Assembly (NCBI GenBank): GCA_964658305.1
Contig: OZ210885.1
Location: 9,920,001 to 9,984,000 of the forward strand
Direction: 5' to 3'
Length of the DNA: 64,000 nt
Origin: Leptogorgia sarmentosa
Lineage: Eukaryota
Within the stretch, counting starts at the first letter, position 1, and each line of letters starts with the position of its first letter. A program made the position numbers and the translations under genes. Below are positions 38,421 through 51,642 of the stretch, piece by piece. Under the pieces are notes generated by a model. That model searched no databases and was not told where the DNA came from. It was given only the letters and a program-made list of their open reading frames with translations.

Positions 38421-38465
38421 CACAAGACATTCGGTGTATAAACTACATGAAGCTGAAGCAAGTTG
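38421..38465 (-). other. Possible 5' UTR exon of the STAND gene (a further donor at 39564)
   Basis: Exon 1 starts at a splice acceptor 7 nt before the ATG, implying an upstream exon. Strong donors GTG|gtgagt at 38420 and AGG|gtaagc at 39564; acceptor ttaaacag at 38466. Confidence 0.3.
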
Positions 38466-38521
38466 CTGTTTAAGCTTCGGGAATATTGTTGCAAAGTGCA
38501 AAGTAATGCATGTTGGGTTAC

Positions 38522-39481
38522 CAACCTCGTACCCAGGGCCTTATGATCTCCGCTCCCGCTGCTCTCCCGCTACGACAAAGACCCTGGTACAGGCTGGTCA
38601 CGTGACACCCTAATTAGTTTCATCCCGTGGGGGGGGGGGGATGTGCAACGTGAATTTTTGTTTGCCCATTTCAAGCGTGGACTGTGGCCGCCATTTGTGA
38701 TGTGCGTGCCGTGAATATTTGATCAAAGCTTTCCCAGACGCGAAAAGGTTGTGAATGCCAGGTTTTTTACACTTGTTTGCACTTCGCTATCATCAACAGC
38801 TTATATTACGATCTAGTGTTGATGTAGTGTTGTTTCACCGTGCTTTTATACAGCACAATAATATGATTTTCATTTCGTAGTCAAGACACGTCTACGGTGA
38901 AAAGTATACTCCAGGGATATGTAAATAATTTGTCTCATTGTTAAAGACAGGTTACAGTCGCTTCTGCGCATCGGTTCTGCTCATAACAAATGAGGACCAC
39001 ATTGTCCAAATTTCGCATTTTTTGAAACTTTTTTGAATCGAAGCGCTGGTTTATATTGTTTTAGGAGCATAGCAAACCCGAAAAGTGTCAAATATTCAGT
39101 AGTTCAATCAAATTTTACAAATATAGCAACTCAAAATGAAAACAAAGCGTTTGTTTACATTAGTCTGTAACCCTCTTAGCAATATACGAAAACAAGCATT
39201 CATCCGTAGTCCGTAGCAGACTAGCAGTAGTCCGTTGTGAAGATCTTAAATTCCCTATTGTCCATGTGAACAGGTCACAGGGCAAAGACGGGCCGCGAAT
39301 GCAAATGTTTGGCTTTATTTACATGACTTGCGAAATGCGATAGACTTACCCACCCCTCCCTCAGTATTCAATTCAAAACACCCCAGATTCTGGGGTGTCA
39401 CGTGACCAGCCTGTACCAGGGTCTTTGTCGTAGCGGGAGAGCAGCGGGAGCGGAGATCATAAGACCCTGGGTACGAGGTTG
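38522..39481. mobile_element. Non-autonomous DNA transposon, CAACCTCG termini, ~89-bp TIR, 10-bp TSD (Mutator-like by TSD length)
   Basis: caacctcgtacccaggg...ggtcacgtgacaccc and its reverse complement; gttgggttac at 38512-38521 and 39482-39491. Confidence 0.92.
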
Positions 39482-42400
39482 GTTGGGTTACATGCAACAA
39501 AACAGTACATTGAAATGATTTCTGTCACAATAATAAGACGTCTGAACGATAAAAAAATGCTTACCCTATGAATGAAAATACCAAAATGTTTTTCGCCTGA
39601 CATGAGTTCGTAACTTTACACCAGGGCACAATGCAACTCAACTTATTTTTAATCCGTCATGAATTTAAAATCATTCGGTTTTATTTTCCCTCTTCTTAGG
39701 AAATATAATTCAAGAACAGCAAATTTGCTAACAGCGCTACAGACTGAGCGTTGCTAAGTTGCAGTTATATCGCTGAAAACCTGAAAGCAATAATTGTTTG
39801 GTCCCTGGTTATTGCATGCTCAAGTCTGTATTGAATGAGCCCGAAGTGAGGATGGAGTCTGCTTTGTTTGGCAATGCTCAATTCAATTTAGGATTTCAAC
39901 AAATCGTGCCAAGTAGCGCTGTATGCATGACATGTCAGCGATTGAACACGCACCAGTCATATATATGTTCACCATGATATAACCACCCAAGAATCAGTAC
40001 AGATAGTAATGAAAAGCTTTAAAGCATTTAATAAATAATGATTCATGACCCAAGCTTTTATAAAAAGATCAAAATCTTGTCTAGTTTTATCAGTATCTTG
40101 TCTGATAAACTACAATTGTGTCATTGTGTCATTACTGTGTCAACCAATATCTTAGATAAACTAAGTGGTGATATGAGGAGTTTATGTGCAATACAAGGCT
40201 CACGAGATCACAGATAATTAAAAGTAAGAGCGACATAGAACACCCTCACATAACCTGAAATGATATTACACGAATGGTAGAAGCGTAAAGGCATGTTTGT
40301 TTGTCATTGTGTTGCAACGTCATCAGATGGATATTGTGCTTTGAATCAGAATTTGTAACTATTGCATTTTGTAACGTTATTGTGCTAACTGGAAATAGTC
40401 TCAAAACTTTTATTATTACTCACCGAATGTTGAATTCGCAATAATGTTAAAAGGGCAAACGCTTCTGTATTCAACTTGTCGTCACATATCGAGAACGTTC
40501 CAGCAATTATGTTTGCGGGTTTCACTTGAATAATGCTGGGTCGAAGAACAATATAACAGGAAGACACAAGTTGCGTGGGAGCAAAGAGCAGCAATGATTT
40601 GTTCAGGTTGAACAGAATTAGATTTAGAGATTATTCAATTGTATATTGGCTGGATTTAATATGTACCTATTATTCAATACAATACAAACTTGCCGTATGA
40701 AATAAAATACTAAAATGTTAAAATGGCAAGCGCTTAATTCTGTATTAAACCTCTACGACGTAAATAAATCTCGTCACATATCGAGAACGTTCTAACAATT
40801 GTGTTTGCGGGTTTCACTTGAATGGTGCTGGGTCGGTAGATAAGAGGAATCCCACTCATATGTGGCAACAGCATGTAAGTTTACATATTGATGTAAACTG
40901 TTTCTCTATAGGTTGCAGTGAAACTAGGTCATTCTTCTCATGAACGTGTAGAATCTGGAACCTATACTGCCTGACGAAATACGCCGCAAGGACATAACGT
41001 TACTAAGGTTTAGGGGCATGCTGAAACAACATTATCACACAGCAGTCCGTAAAGTCTTTAATTCAGATGACCCAAGAACATGGAAATCAGGATGTCTTAA
41101 ATTTAATTCAGGACGTATACTTAGCGACACCTTATCGTGTTGAAACTGAAACACCCTCGGTCTATGGTTTATCGGGGCCACAGTAATTGGCTTTATAAGC
41201 TGTTGTGGTAACATATAAACATGCATATGTAAATTTTTATATTCAATGTAGCCTATATTATTCAATGTGGCAAACTAAACTAAATAAATCATGCTTAAAG
41301 TATATAAGGATAAGGATAGAATTCCGAATCAATGTACAACTGCAAAGAAGTTGAATACTTTAATGTGTCTAGTACACTACACTGCAAATCAATATCTATG
41401 AAACAAATATTTCATACAATATTGGAAGTGTACAAAAACGTATTCAAGTTTGTGAAATATTGTACCGCACGCATGGAAGAGTCTTTGATTTTACATTCTA
41501 GGGTAACACCATGTTTGGTATATATACTCCACAGCAATTTTTGATCGTTAATATCTTTCATAGAAGAAGAAGGGATATTTTGCGGTCAGTTTACAACGTT
41601 AGATAGCCTGATAGGTTAGATAGGTCAGTTTACAACGTTAATATTTTTCATGCATGGAAGAAAGGATATGATATTTTGCGGTCCGCGTTACATAGGTCAG
41701 TTTACAAATAGTCGGAGTGCTTCCCGATTTTGATTCATTCATTCCCGACATCATACACAGTATATACAAAGTAAATCCGTTCACTTTGAGTATTGGATAC
41801 TTTGACACTAAAAACTACATATCCCAATGTATCCATTGCTCCTATATGTATTTCATAGTTTGTTTTTCATAGCTTGCTTATAGCTACAATGCGTTCTTAC
41901 GGTGAAACGTTGGCTTTCCTCTCCAAGCGCCTCTGGCCCTGTTGTCTATTGAAATCTGATCCAACTATATATAAAAACTATAATAAAAACCCGGAATACG
42001 TGGAAATTTCAAAAATAACATCAACACACAGCAAAGAAAGGTTCTACTTAAACGACACATTTCACGTTTCGAGTAAAGGCCCACCTTCATGCGGCAATTT
42101 GTAATTAAGTAACTCCCAACGAAGGGCCTTCGCTCAAAACTTCAACTCAAGTCTTCTACTGATCACACATGGTGAGATGTCATGAAGTGGGATAATATTA
42201 GCCGGCCCTTCAAGTAACATTGTGTCATGTAGTAATTCTACCTATATCGGGGACGCAAATTTCTAATCTGCTGACAGTCGACACTCGTATTCAGCAACTC
42301 AACAGCGCTTAACACTAACCCAAACCCTATTCCTAACCCTAACTTTAAACATTGACAAAATAAAATGCGTATTTTGAAAAAAATAGTTGAAAAATTATTA

Positions 42401-45400
42401 TTATGCTTATTTCTAATGCCACTGCTGTTCATGTAATACAGTGAGGTGTCCGACCATCTCGGAGGTGTCCGACCGTCGACGGAATCGAAATAAGCATCGG
42501 GGACTATTATAAGTATGTGATAAACGTTTAAATATGTTAATTTGTATGCACTTTAGCTTTAATTTTCTCAGTTTAGATGAAGTTATAATTTTGAAAGATG
42601 AACTCATAAACATGGCTCGTTTTTTAAGCCATTTCAAGCTGTTGTAGTCGAGTTTTATCAGATCCCCTCCTACGTTTGCTTTATATAAAATAACTGATAC
42701 TTGAATATTTGTGATATCCTCGCAGAGTGCGACAAATATATGTAAATGATGACAAATAAGAATAAAACATGATATTGTCAATTTGAAAAACAAACTAAAG
42801 CAATAACATGATAATAAAATAATCACCTTTGTCGACGCTCAGTTCAATTTGGTGAATCTTGACGATATTTTAAAATACAACCATCAATTCACACAACAAT
42901 ACTGCGCTTCGTTCCCTCATCTGCAAGACAGGAAAATTCTATTGAAACGAAGCTAATTAATCATCTTTATTTTTCTATACATAACATACCTTGAATAACA
43001 AGATTGTTCTAGACTTAAGTGATTTAAAATGACCAACAGTACATCATGCAGGGAAGGCTTTTGTTGTGTTTCCGCCACTTTTATAACTATTTTAATTATG
43101 TCAAGCTCATTAATAATCCCCTACCGTTAAAAGATTGATAAAAATATGATTAGGTCTAACATTGTTCATGTACTTTTGTATAGAACATGCATATACCCAT
43201 TATATTGGCATAGAGCGAACGAATAGCAATAGAATTATGTAATTATGTTGTCGCACATCCATAGGACAATGTTGTGAATCTTGGATCTTATTTAGTACTC
43301 TTCACATGCAGTTTAGCTTGAGTTATGGAAGGAATACAGTAATAAACCACAGAACAATTAATTGAATGAAATTCACCAAAATGGTATTTCCCTGGATGAA
43401 CTTTCACATTCGAGTTAAATAACTCTTCAATCCGCAGTATACCTATAGCTATATTTTTTTATTTTCGTAAATTATTTGTTGATCATGATTTCACCTGATT
43501 TAGTGATCACACCATTCAAATAATAATACCCAGACACAGAGCGACGTTTGATTATGCTTTCACCTTTCACAATTCTCATTTTTATTGCATCCGACAGAAC
43601 AGGATAATGTTAGAGCTAGGGTTGGCTAGGGTTAGGACTAGGGAGAGGTTCTGATTAGGTTGTAACGACAACCATGACTATGCTCTAGTATGCTGAAATA
43701 TGATCATAAAGATGACGCACCATTGCTTGAATAATTGTATCACACAATCCAAAGAATGCTCTTGAAAAAACTCTGTGAGTAAGAAACCTTGTCGCCTTAA
43801 TAAATACTCTTTTGAAACCAGAGCAAGATATATTGCGGGCATGGCCAGATGCATGATGTTTTAATTTGCAAAAACAAACTGATATGCATGAATTGATTTA
43901 CCTTTCAAATGGCTTGCTTCAACTCCGTCAATCCAAACAACAAAATACAGTCAAATGTATTAGGGAGATGTTATATTGTCGTCTGCAATTAAGACACAAC
44001 AATTTCATTGAAACCCAAAATTCACATGCAGCATTGATTTTGTACACTAAACCCAACACACAAGTTGTATGCTAATTTTGAATAGGCCAATAAATTCATA
44101 ATTTGTAGCTACGTTTTGGTTTAAGCACATTAATAATTATTTCAACATGCGCTTCTGCCGTGCCGAACTAAATTTGTGACTTGTTGAATTCGACTATGAG
44201 GGGAGCATTAGTAATTAAAACTACATTTCCATATGAAACATGGATATGGCCATACAGCCGTAGAGCGAAAGTAGAGCTTATACACATAGCTAACACACTG
44301 TGCTGCATGAATCTTAGATCTTGTTATTCTGGATCAATGGCGCTGTAGAACAACACACATTTAATTGATTAAATTTAGGTTCAATTATTGACAACATTAA
44401 TATGCGAATGTCTTGAAACATTTGCTGATTTAAATTTAAATGTAATTTGGGATAAACGTCTTAGTTAACTAGCTACTTCTGATCACAATTGTGTAGCATT
44501 CATAGTTCAGATTGAATTATTAATACATGCATGAAACTACAATACTTACTATCTACACGTAATTAATACTGTAAATATATTATTGTAATGACAACTTACA
44601 TCGCCTTTTATTGTATCTTTTCACTACTTCATGTAAATAGTTCTAATATATTATACGTACGCTGCTATATATTTGTTTTAGCAATTACGATAGCTACTTA
44701 TTATATCCCATGTCATATGGCCTTACCTAAAAGTCCAATAGGATTTCCAAAGGCCCTATCGCTTTATTACTTTGTAAATAGTGTAAATAATTTTGCATTT
44801 TTATCACTTTGTGGGCAAATAAAACTTCAAAATACACTAAAATTGTGTTACGCCTCAACATTCAATTTATATAATGATCACATTTTTGAAATACTTCCAT
44901 GATTGCAAAACACAAAGGGAGTTGTCATTTTTCTCCCGCCTCTTCAAACTCCATTTTTGTGGCATCAGTTAGATCTGAATTAGGAACATGTTCTGATCAG
45001 ATTTAAACCGGAACATTTACCACAGTTATATTGAAATGTGAATTCGAATATGATTGAGAAAAATTATGGAGTATTTCTTTAGTACAGCATTTTCCAAGCA
45101 TGCCTACGTATTTGTAAAATGTTCACAGTGTGCGGTATAGCTGAAGCTAAATCACTGTGAATCAAAGGATATGAAAACTTTGAATTGGGAAACTAATTTA
45201 TAAATATACTCTTTAAAAAGTGAAGATCTTACAAACTCGGATCACAAATAGTATATATACAAATAAGACTGCATGTACATCGATATTTAATAACATACAG
45301 ACATTATCACATTATGATATTGTCATATTCCAATTACGATTATTTTACCTTTTAAATCGCTTGCTTCAGTTCCGTTAATCTAAACCAAAAGAGCTTTAAT

Positions 45401-46044
45401 ATCAAGGAACAATCCGTGTTAATACTTCGATTTTATACTCGATCAACATAGAGACAAAAATATATCTCACTGGCATCGAACTGTCTGAAGTTCACAGGGT
45501 TCTGTGATAATTTAAATATATAATTTACTTTACAATAACACAATATATTGGCCCGGTGTGATTGAGTGATCGTGAATAATAGCAAACCATGTATCATGCA
45601 GTGAGTTTTTTACCCCGCAATTTCTTTAGTTACCTCCTACAGATATACGTAGGTCGGCACAAGCCATGGAGTGCGATTGTGGCTTCATATACTGGAATCT
45701 TCCGAGCAATTCTGAACTGAACATTTATCTTGTCTTACTATTCGCTCAACACCAGAATTCTTAACAATGCGGCCTGAAATGATCAATCCCCCCTCTGGGC
45801 CCTCAATTCAAAGTATGTAACATTTATCATTGATTGGAAGGTTTGGAAGTATACTATTTGATCTTTTTTTCAGTATTTTTACACCAAAGATTGATCAAGG
45901 TAAACCTTGGTTATAAGCATATTAGACATGGGAGCAAAGAAATTAGCTCAGAATAAATAAAATTGATATGTATCACATCTGACGCTCTTTACATTTGATA
46001 TTTTGTAATACTTACAAAATGCGCTGCGTTCTAAATTATCTGTA

Positions 46045-46195
46045 AAACCCGGAACGGGGAATCGGGGAACGGAACGAGGAACGAGAAAACCCGGAACATG
46101 AAAAGCGGGAATCTGTAAAACCCGGAACATGAAAATCCGGAATCTGTAAAACCCGGAACATGAAAAGCCGGAATCTGTAAACCCGGAACGAGGTT
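46045..46195 (+). repeat. 31-bp tandem repeat (about 3.5 copies) with GGAAC-rich lead-in
   Basis: Unit aaaacccggaacatgaaaagccggaatctgt. Confidence 0.85.
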
Positions 46196-46603
46196 TTACG
46201 GCAAAATGAGCATGTTTATGTAACACAGTCTCTCATGTAAAAATAATGTAAAATGCACTTTTGACTGAACTTGTTAATATGCAATCTAACAAATAGATAA
46301 AAAAAATGAAACATTTTCGCAACGTTCGCAACGAAACCAGGGCAAGCACTTGGGAATAATTTTCTTTCATTTATGTACGAGTGCACTTCAGCAAAAACTT
46401 CTAATTTATCCGGTTTTCGTGCTCTATGATATTTTACACACTGCAATAAAAATCTGTCGGACTTGCCGGACGAGCCGTAGACCTTCGATTTAGGTATAAA
46501 CGATAATAATATGAATCATATATGACCCTAACATATACTCACATAGTCAGAGAGATAGAAGAAAAAGGAAAACGCAGCGTAATAAGGTAGTACTGTCGAA
46601 AGG

Positions 46604-49600
46604 TCTTGATCCTGATTTATAGATTCATAGATTTAGTATACACAGAGTTATAGTAAATGTACATATAGATAATGTTTCTGCCAGACCAGGTCACTGAACT
46701 TGAGCAGCATGCTATATTTTTACGGTTTCGAAGTTACCATCTCAAGAAGGAACGAAGTGGGCTGTGAGCTAAGACACCCGCGAGTGTATCAAATTTTAGA
46801 AAAATAGATTATATTTTATAGTGAAGTTGGTTCGAATGATGAATTAAATTACTGAGAAATGCCTGTAAATTTGATAAATTAATATATGCACAACGCAGAC
46901 GTATATCAGTGTTTGAAAAGCTGCGATACATAAACGCGGAACTTTATGGACTTATGGAGGTCGCGGTAGGCTTAGGAAATGAGCCAGACTAGAAGATTTA
47001 GCACTTCAACTTATAAATGAATAACGTGATTGATAGAGACGACATTGAATGAGTGGTAATTTTCCATCCCTAAGTGCAGCTATTGAGGTGAGCATTCATG
47101 TTGCCTTAAAGACGTTTCATGCGCTTCATGCAATTGAAAACATTTCGGTTGCTAGCTCGCTGTGTCAGTCTAGCACATTATAAACACAATTCGTATCAAA
47201 TATCATATTTCATTTCATATGTGTCGCGGCATCAAAGAAATGTTCCCAATGCGAATTTTCCATAACAGCTACGGCCTCATTCTTTTGGACACCACTACAT
47301 TTATTACAATCACCAAAATATTTATTACATCGTTTTTGTATCTGCGTAGCAGATATATTGCTATCGAGTTGTTAGCTGTTAACTGTTAGCTTGCAGCCAA
47401 TCAGCGAATTCGTTAGTTAAATCTGATTCAATTTAGCCAATAGACGACAACGTAACATTGAGATGACGTAATTCTCACTGAGCATCTCGCAAAACCGTAC
47501 GCGTGGAGGTGTGTTTTCAGGCTACAAATATGGCGACTGCTCTGAAGAGCGAAGTCGGACAGTGGTGATGTGTTTGATCGTGGATTTTGTTTCGCATGAA
47601 TAGCCAGATAAAAAGAAAATATAATGTTCGCAGCGACGAGTGACTTCACTGAAATAGAGGTTAATTTATGAGCGTTTACTCCGTTTAGAACACTATTTAT
47701 ACTAAGGAAATTTATACGCAAAAATATCATGACGCAAATTGCAGACATTGGCATTGCTTTTAAAGATATTAATTAAAGAGGTTCGCGTTCGCTATGCAAT
47801 TTAGATCCTCAAAGCAAAAATATCATGACGCAATTTATACAATTGAATACAGCGAATATTTAAGGTTATGAAAGAGTTTAATGTCTTGACACAATTGCGC
47901 GTATATTTTCCCTACGATACTTTAGCGTGTCGGAACTGTCGCACTGACACACTGTACATGTTTGGACTGCCCGCGGTGTCATTGTGATCACGGATAATCT
48001 ACTATATTTTGACGCTTCGCCATACGGAATCGTTGAAACATTCAATCCCAGGAAAATAGATTTCGTAGCTTGTAATAAAACGGGTTTGTGCGTTTATTAA
48101 GCTCGAGACAAAACAAACGAAATCATAATTTATATAGTTTCAAGTATTCTGTTTTGAACCTACGCGCAATGCGCATGAATGGACGGAATGTATTGTATAT
48201 AAATATATTATTATGATACGGTATTGGAAAGGGTAAATTTGGTTTTTAGAGAGCCACGTTTTTCACAAACAATCGCAAAGCGCTGTGTTTATTTTAAAGA
48301 CACAATAACATAAAATGCGATATCATATGTCGTCAAGTTTCAATTCCTTATGCAATTTGATATATGATCGGAATGCGAGATATCAAAGTATTGAATACGT
48401 CTCCGCACAACCTCACGTCTTGAAAGGAATTAGTATTTGCGCTATTCGCCTATTCCCTAGCAGTAAACCATTTTATACATGCAAGATCGCGTATTAGGGA
48501 CAGATAAGATGCGTGTATCGAAAAGCTGAAAACAAATAAGGCTTGATCATCAAGCTACATAGGCGCAGATACATGTACACTTTGTGTACCTATTTTTCTG
48601 TTTTGCTTTATTTCACATCACTGAAAAGATCGTAGCTGCAATAATATCCAACATACTTGACCTTCAAAATCCCAACTATTTTCTACAAGCGCAGCAGAGC
48701 CCATGGCCCAGAGTGGGCTGTAGCTTCCTCAAATTTTGCTGGATTATAATATGCTATTTATACTGGAGAGATTCTTGCTAATCAAGTGCTTGCATTAAGG
48801 TTAGCTCAGGAGTTAAGATTGCGCCATTTGTTATTGGTTGATTGAGAAGGCTGTATCAGGCCATATTGCAGTTCAATGGACTAACTGAGCATTCTGGATG
48901 ACTTTTTTTGCCAACTCGTTAAAAACACAGTGATTTTCGCTTGTCAAATGAAATATGAATTGTCTGGCATTACAATGTGTCCAAAGATACTTGATAAGCA
49001 TCGCTTTCTTTTTGGTCAGTAAGTAATATCATCTGACATCAGAGTAAAATAATAAAGTACATGATGGATTGGAGTTAATGAGTTCAAGCATTGACAATCA
49101 AGGTTATCTGCTTCAGTACCAATAAACATTTCCATCATGCATTAATGTAACCAAGCTGTATCCACGAGAGGCTTTGGGAGATTGGCGATATATTCTGGTT
49201 TACTATTTTATAGCTAGATTTCCACACCTATTTTTATTCCGAGTTAATCTATGGCACTATATGGTATCTATTACTAATTTTAAATGTTTTTTAAGTCGTA
49301 ATTTTACAGTTACACCAACTAAATTATAACAGGCAGCCAAAATGATGTGCAATGTAATTTATAATTAACACAAGTCGTACGTAGTAGAAAGAGGACATAG
49401 TCAACTGTGAGGAAATTAAACTGCGTATTTTAACCCCCTTTCGATACTCTTGATTGAAGTTTTATTTGTTTCCCTAGCAACATGCCATGTATTTTTAACG
49501 GGTCAGATTTCAATATTTTATCTCATTGCTCTTGGCACACGTATATAGCATAAATGCCTAATGCTTTATTTCCGCTTTCGTTTTGAAACTAAAAGAAGAT

Positions 49601-51642
49601 TATTTATTTGGGATCCGAAGTCTTTACACTTTTATGTTTCGTACTTGAACGTAAAGTCCGTACGATATAGCACAAGAAAAGATTTATTCAAAATGTTGCG
49701 ATAGACATACTCAAATAAAGGTAAGAAACATCTATTTCTAGTGTCAATTAGCCAACGCGATTATTGTGGAATGCAGACTGTGTACACTCGCAAATGCCTT
49801 TGGAATGTGGTGCAAAATGATCTTCAAATATGCTATACAATACGATAAACATGAATTGTTTTAAGATGGATAAATGTATGGATTCGAATTGAATATTTTC
49901 CCGTTTCAGCGTGTTGAATAATGCTACCTACTGTACACATGTTAGTGTTATAGCTTGCATAACCATAAGACAAGGCAAAAGCACAAACAAGGTCCGCTCA
50001 TATTTATTGAAATATGCAATACGAGACATGATTTGAAAGTATTTGCAACAATATTGTAGGTTTTAAAACTGAAATGGTTAACCTAACATAAGTTTTACAT
50101 ATCGCTCCTATATAATGCACTGATATAATGACTGATTATTAGTGTGAAATTTCATAATATGCGCTGAAATATTCTCACTGTTATGATGTGAGATATCTGC
50201 TGTTCACCTACGAGTATCAGTTGCCTTTGTTCGTTGAAATCCCGAAAGCTCTTGATCCTGATTTAGATTCATAGATTTACTATACAAAGAGTTATAGTAA
50301 ATGTACATATAGATAATGTTTCTGCCAGACCAGGTCACTGAACTTGAGCAGCATACTACATTAGTATATTTTTTGGCTTCGAAGTTACTATCTCAAGAAC
50401 GAACGTGTATACCAAGAAATTACCGAGAAATGACTGTAAATTTGATAATCATTTAAAAATATATGCACAACGCAAGCGTAAATCAGTGTTTGAAAAGCTG
50501 CGATACAAAAACGCGGAACTTTATGGACTTATAGAGGTCGAGGTAGGCTTAGGAAATGAGCCAAACTAGAAGATTTTGCAGTTCTACTTATAAATGAATA
50601 ATGTGATTGGTAGAGACGACATTGAATGAGTGGTTATTTTCCATCCCTAAGTGCAGCTATTGGAGTGAGTATTCATGTTGCTTTAAAGACGTTTTATGCG
50701 CTTCATGCAATTCAAAACAGTTCGGTTGCTAGCTCGCTGTTTCAGTCTAGCACATTATAAACACACAATTCGTATCAAATATCATATTTCATATGTGTCG
50801 CGGCTTCAAAGAAATGTTTGCAATGCGAATTTTCCATAACAGCTAGGGCCTCATTCTTTTGGACACCACTACATTTATTACAATCACCTAAACATTTATT
50901 ACATCGTTTTTCTGTTTTGCTTTATCTCACATCACTGAAAAGATCGTAGCTACAATAATATCAAACATACTTGACCTTCAAAGCCATTGAGATTAGCTAT
51001 TGTGCGCAAAGACGCGTTGAGACAGATATTTGCCAGATGTAATGTTTTAGCTTGCCACTCAAGTGATACTGCAGTGAGGATTTAACTTGAAAAATACGTT
51101 GATCAAGATCTGCGTATGAAATTTGTTTCACATTAAGTTATAGATGAGTAAGCAAGAAAGTGGTTTCCATTTGACAAATAAAATTGTAGGGCATCAGAAA
51201 ATGTGAATAATAATTAATATGACCTACAGTATCAAGATGGATTGCAATTTAGTGTGTTTACTCATGGGTTCACCACGCGTTCTTCTTCTCAATTAAATTC
51301 ATAGAAGATCATTATTATGGAACAAAAATCTTTACGCTTTTATGTTTCGTACTTTTCCACGGTAAAGACTGTACGTTATGACATAAAACGATATTTACTG
51401 TATTAAAAATATTTCGATCGAAATGTAACATTCCTAGCTTGACTCGGCCAATGCGATTACTGCGGAATGCAGACTGCGTGTACTCGCGGATATTATCCTA
51501 TGCCTTTGCAATATAGAGTAGAATACAAAGTCTTTAAAAATATCATACGAGAAATTGCAACTATTTTCTACAAGCGCAGCAGAGCCCATGGCCTAGAGTG
51601 GTCAGTAGCTTCCTCAATTTTTTGCTGGGTTATAATATGCTA
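46604..51642 (+). repeat. Local segmental duplication: 46604-47336 ~ 50250-50911, plus three shorter paired blocks
   Basis: Shared text from tcttgatcctgattta to tttattacatcgttttt; also 48595-48668 ~ 50910-50982, 48674-48755 ~ 51558-51642, 49620-49803 ~ 51328-51510. Confidence 0.88.
47337..48573. mobile_element. 1.2-kb insertion with 10-bp inverted ends
   Basis: tgtatctgcg ... cgcagataca; absent from the duplicate copy near 50911. Confidence 0.55.

Larger units (their letters stand above)
36205..40560. repeat. Old diverged inverted repeat pair: 36205-36720 vs 39920-40560
   Basis: Collinear inverted blocks, e.g. ttcaagtgaaacccgcaaaca / tgtttgcgggtttcacttgaa, cttagtttatctaag / cttagataaactaag, catgtcatgcat / atgcatgacatg. 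A partial third copy lies at 40770-40835. Confidence 0.8.

Noticed and set aside
41000..46000. Short ORFs in the AT-rich intergenic region
   Set aside because: Low-complexity composition, no domains and no exon chain.
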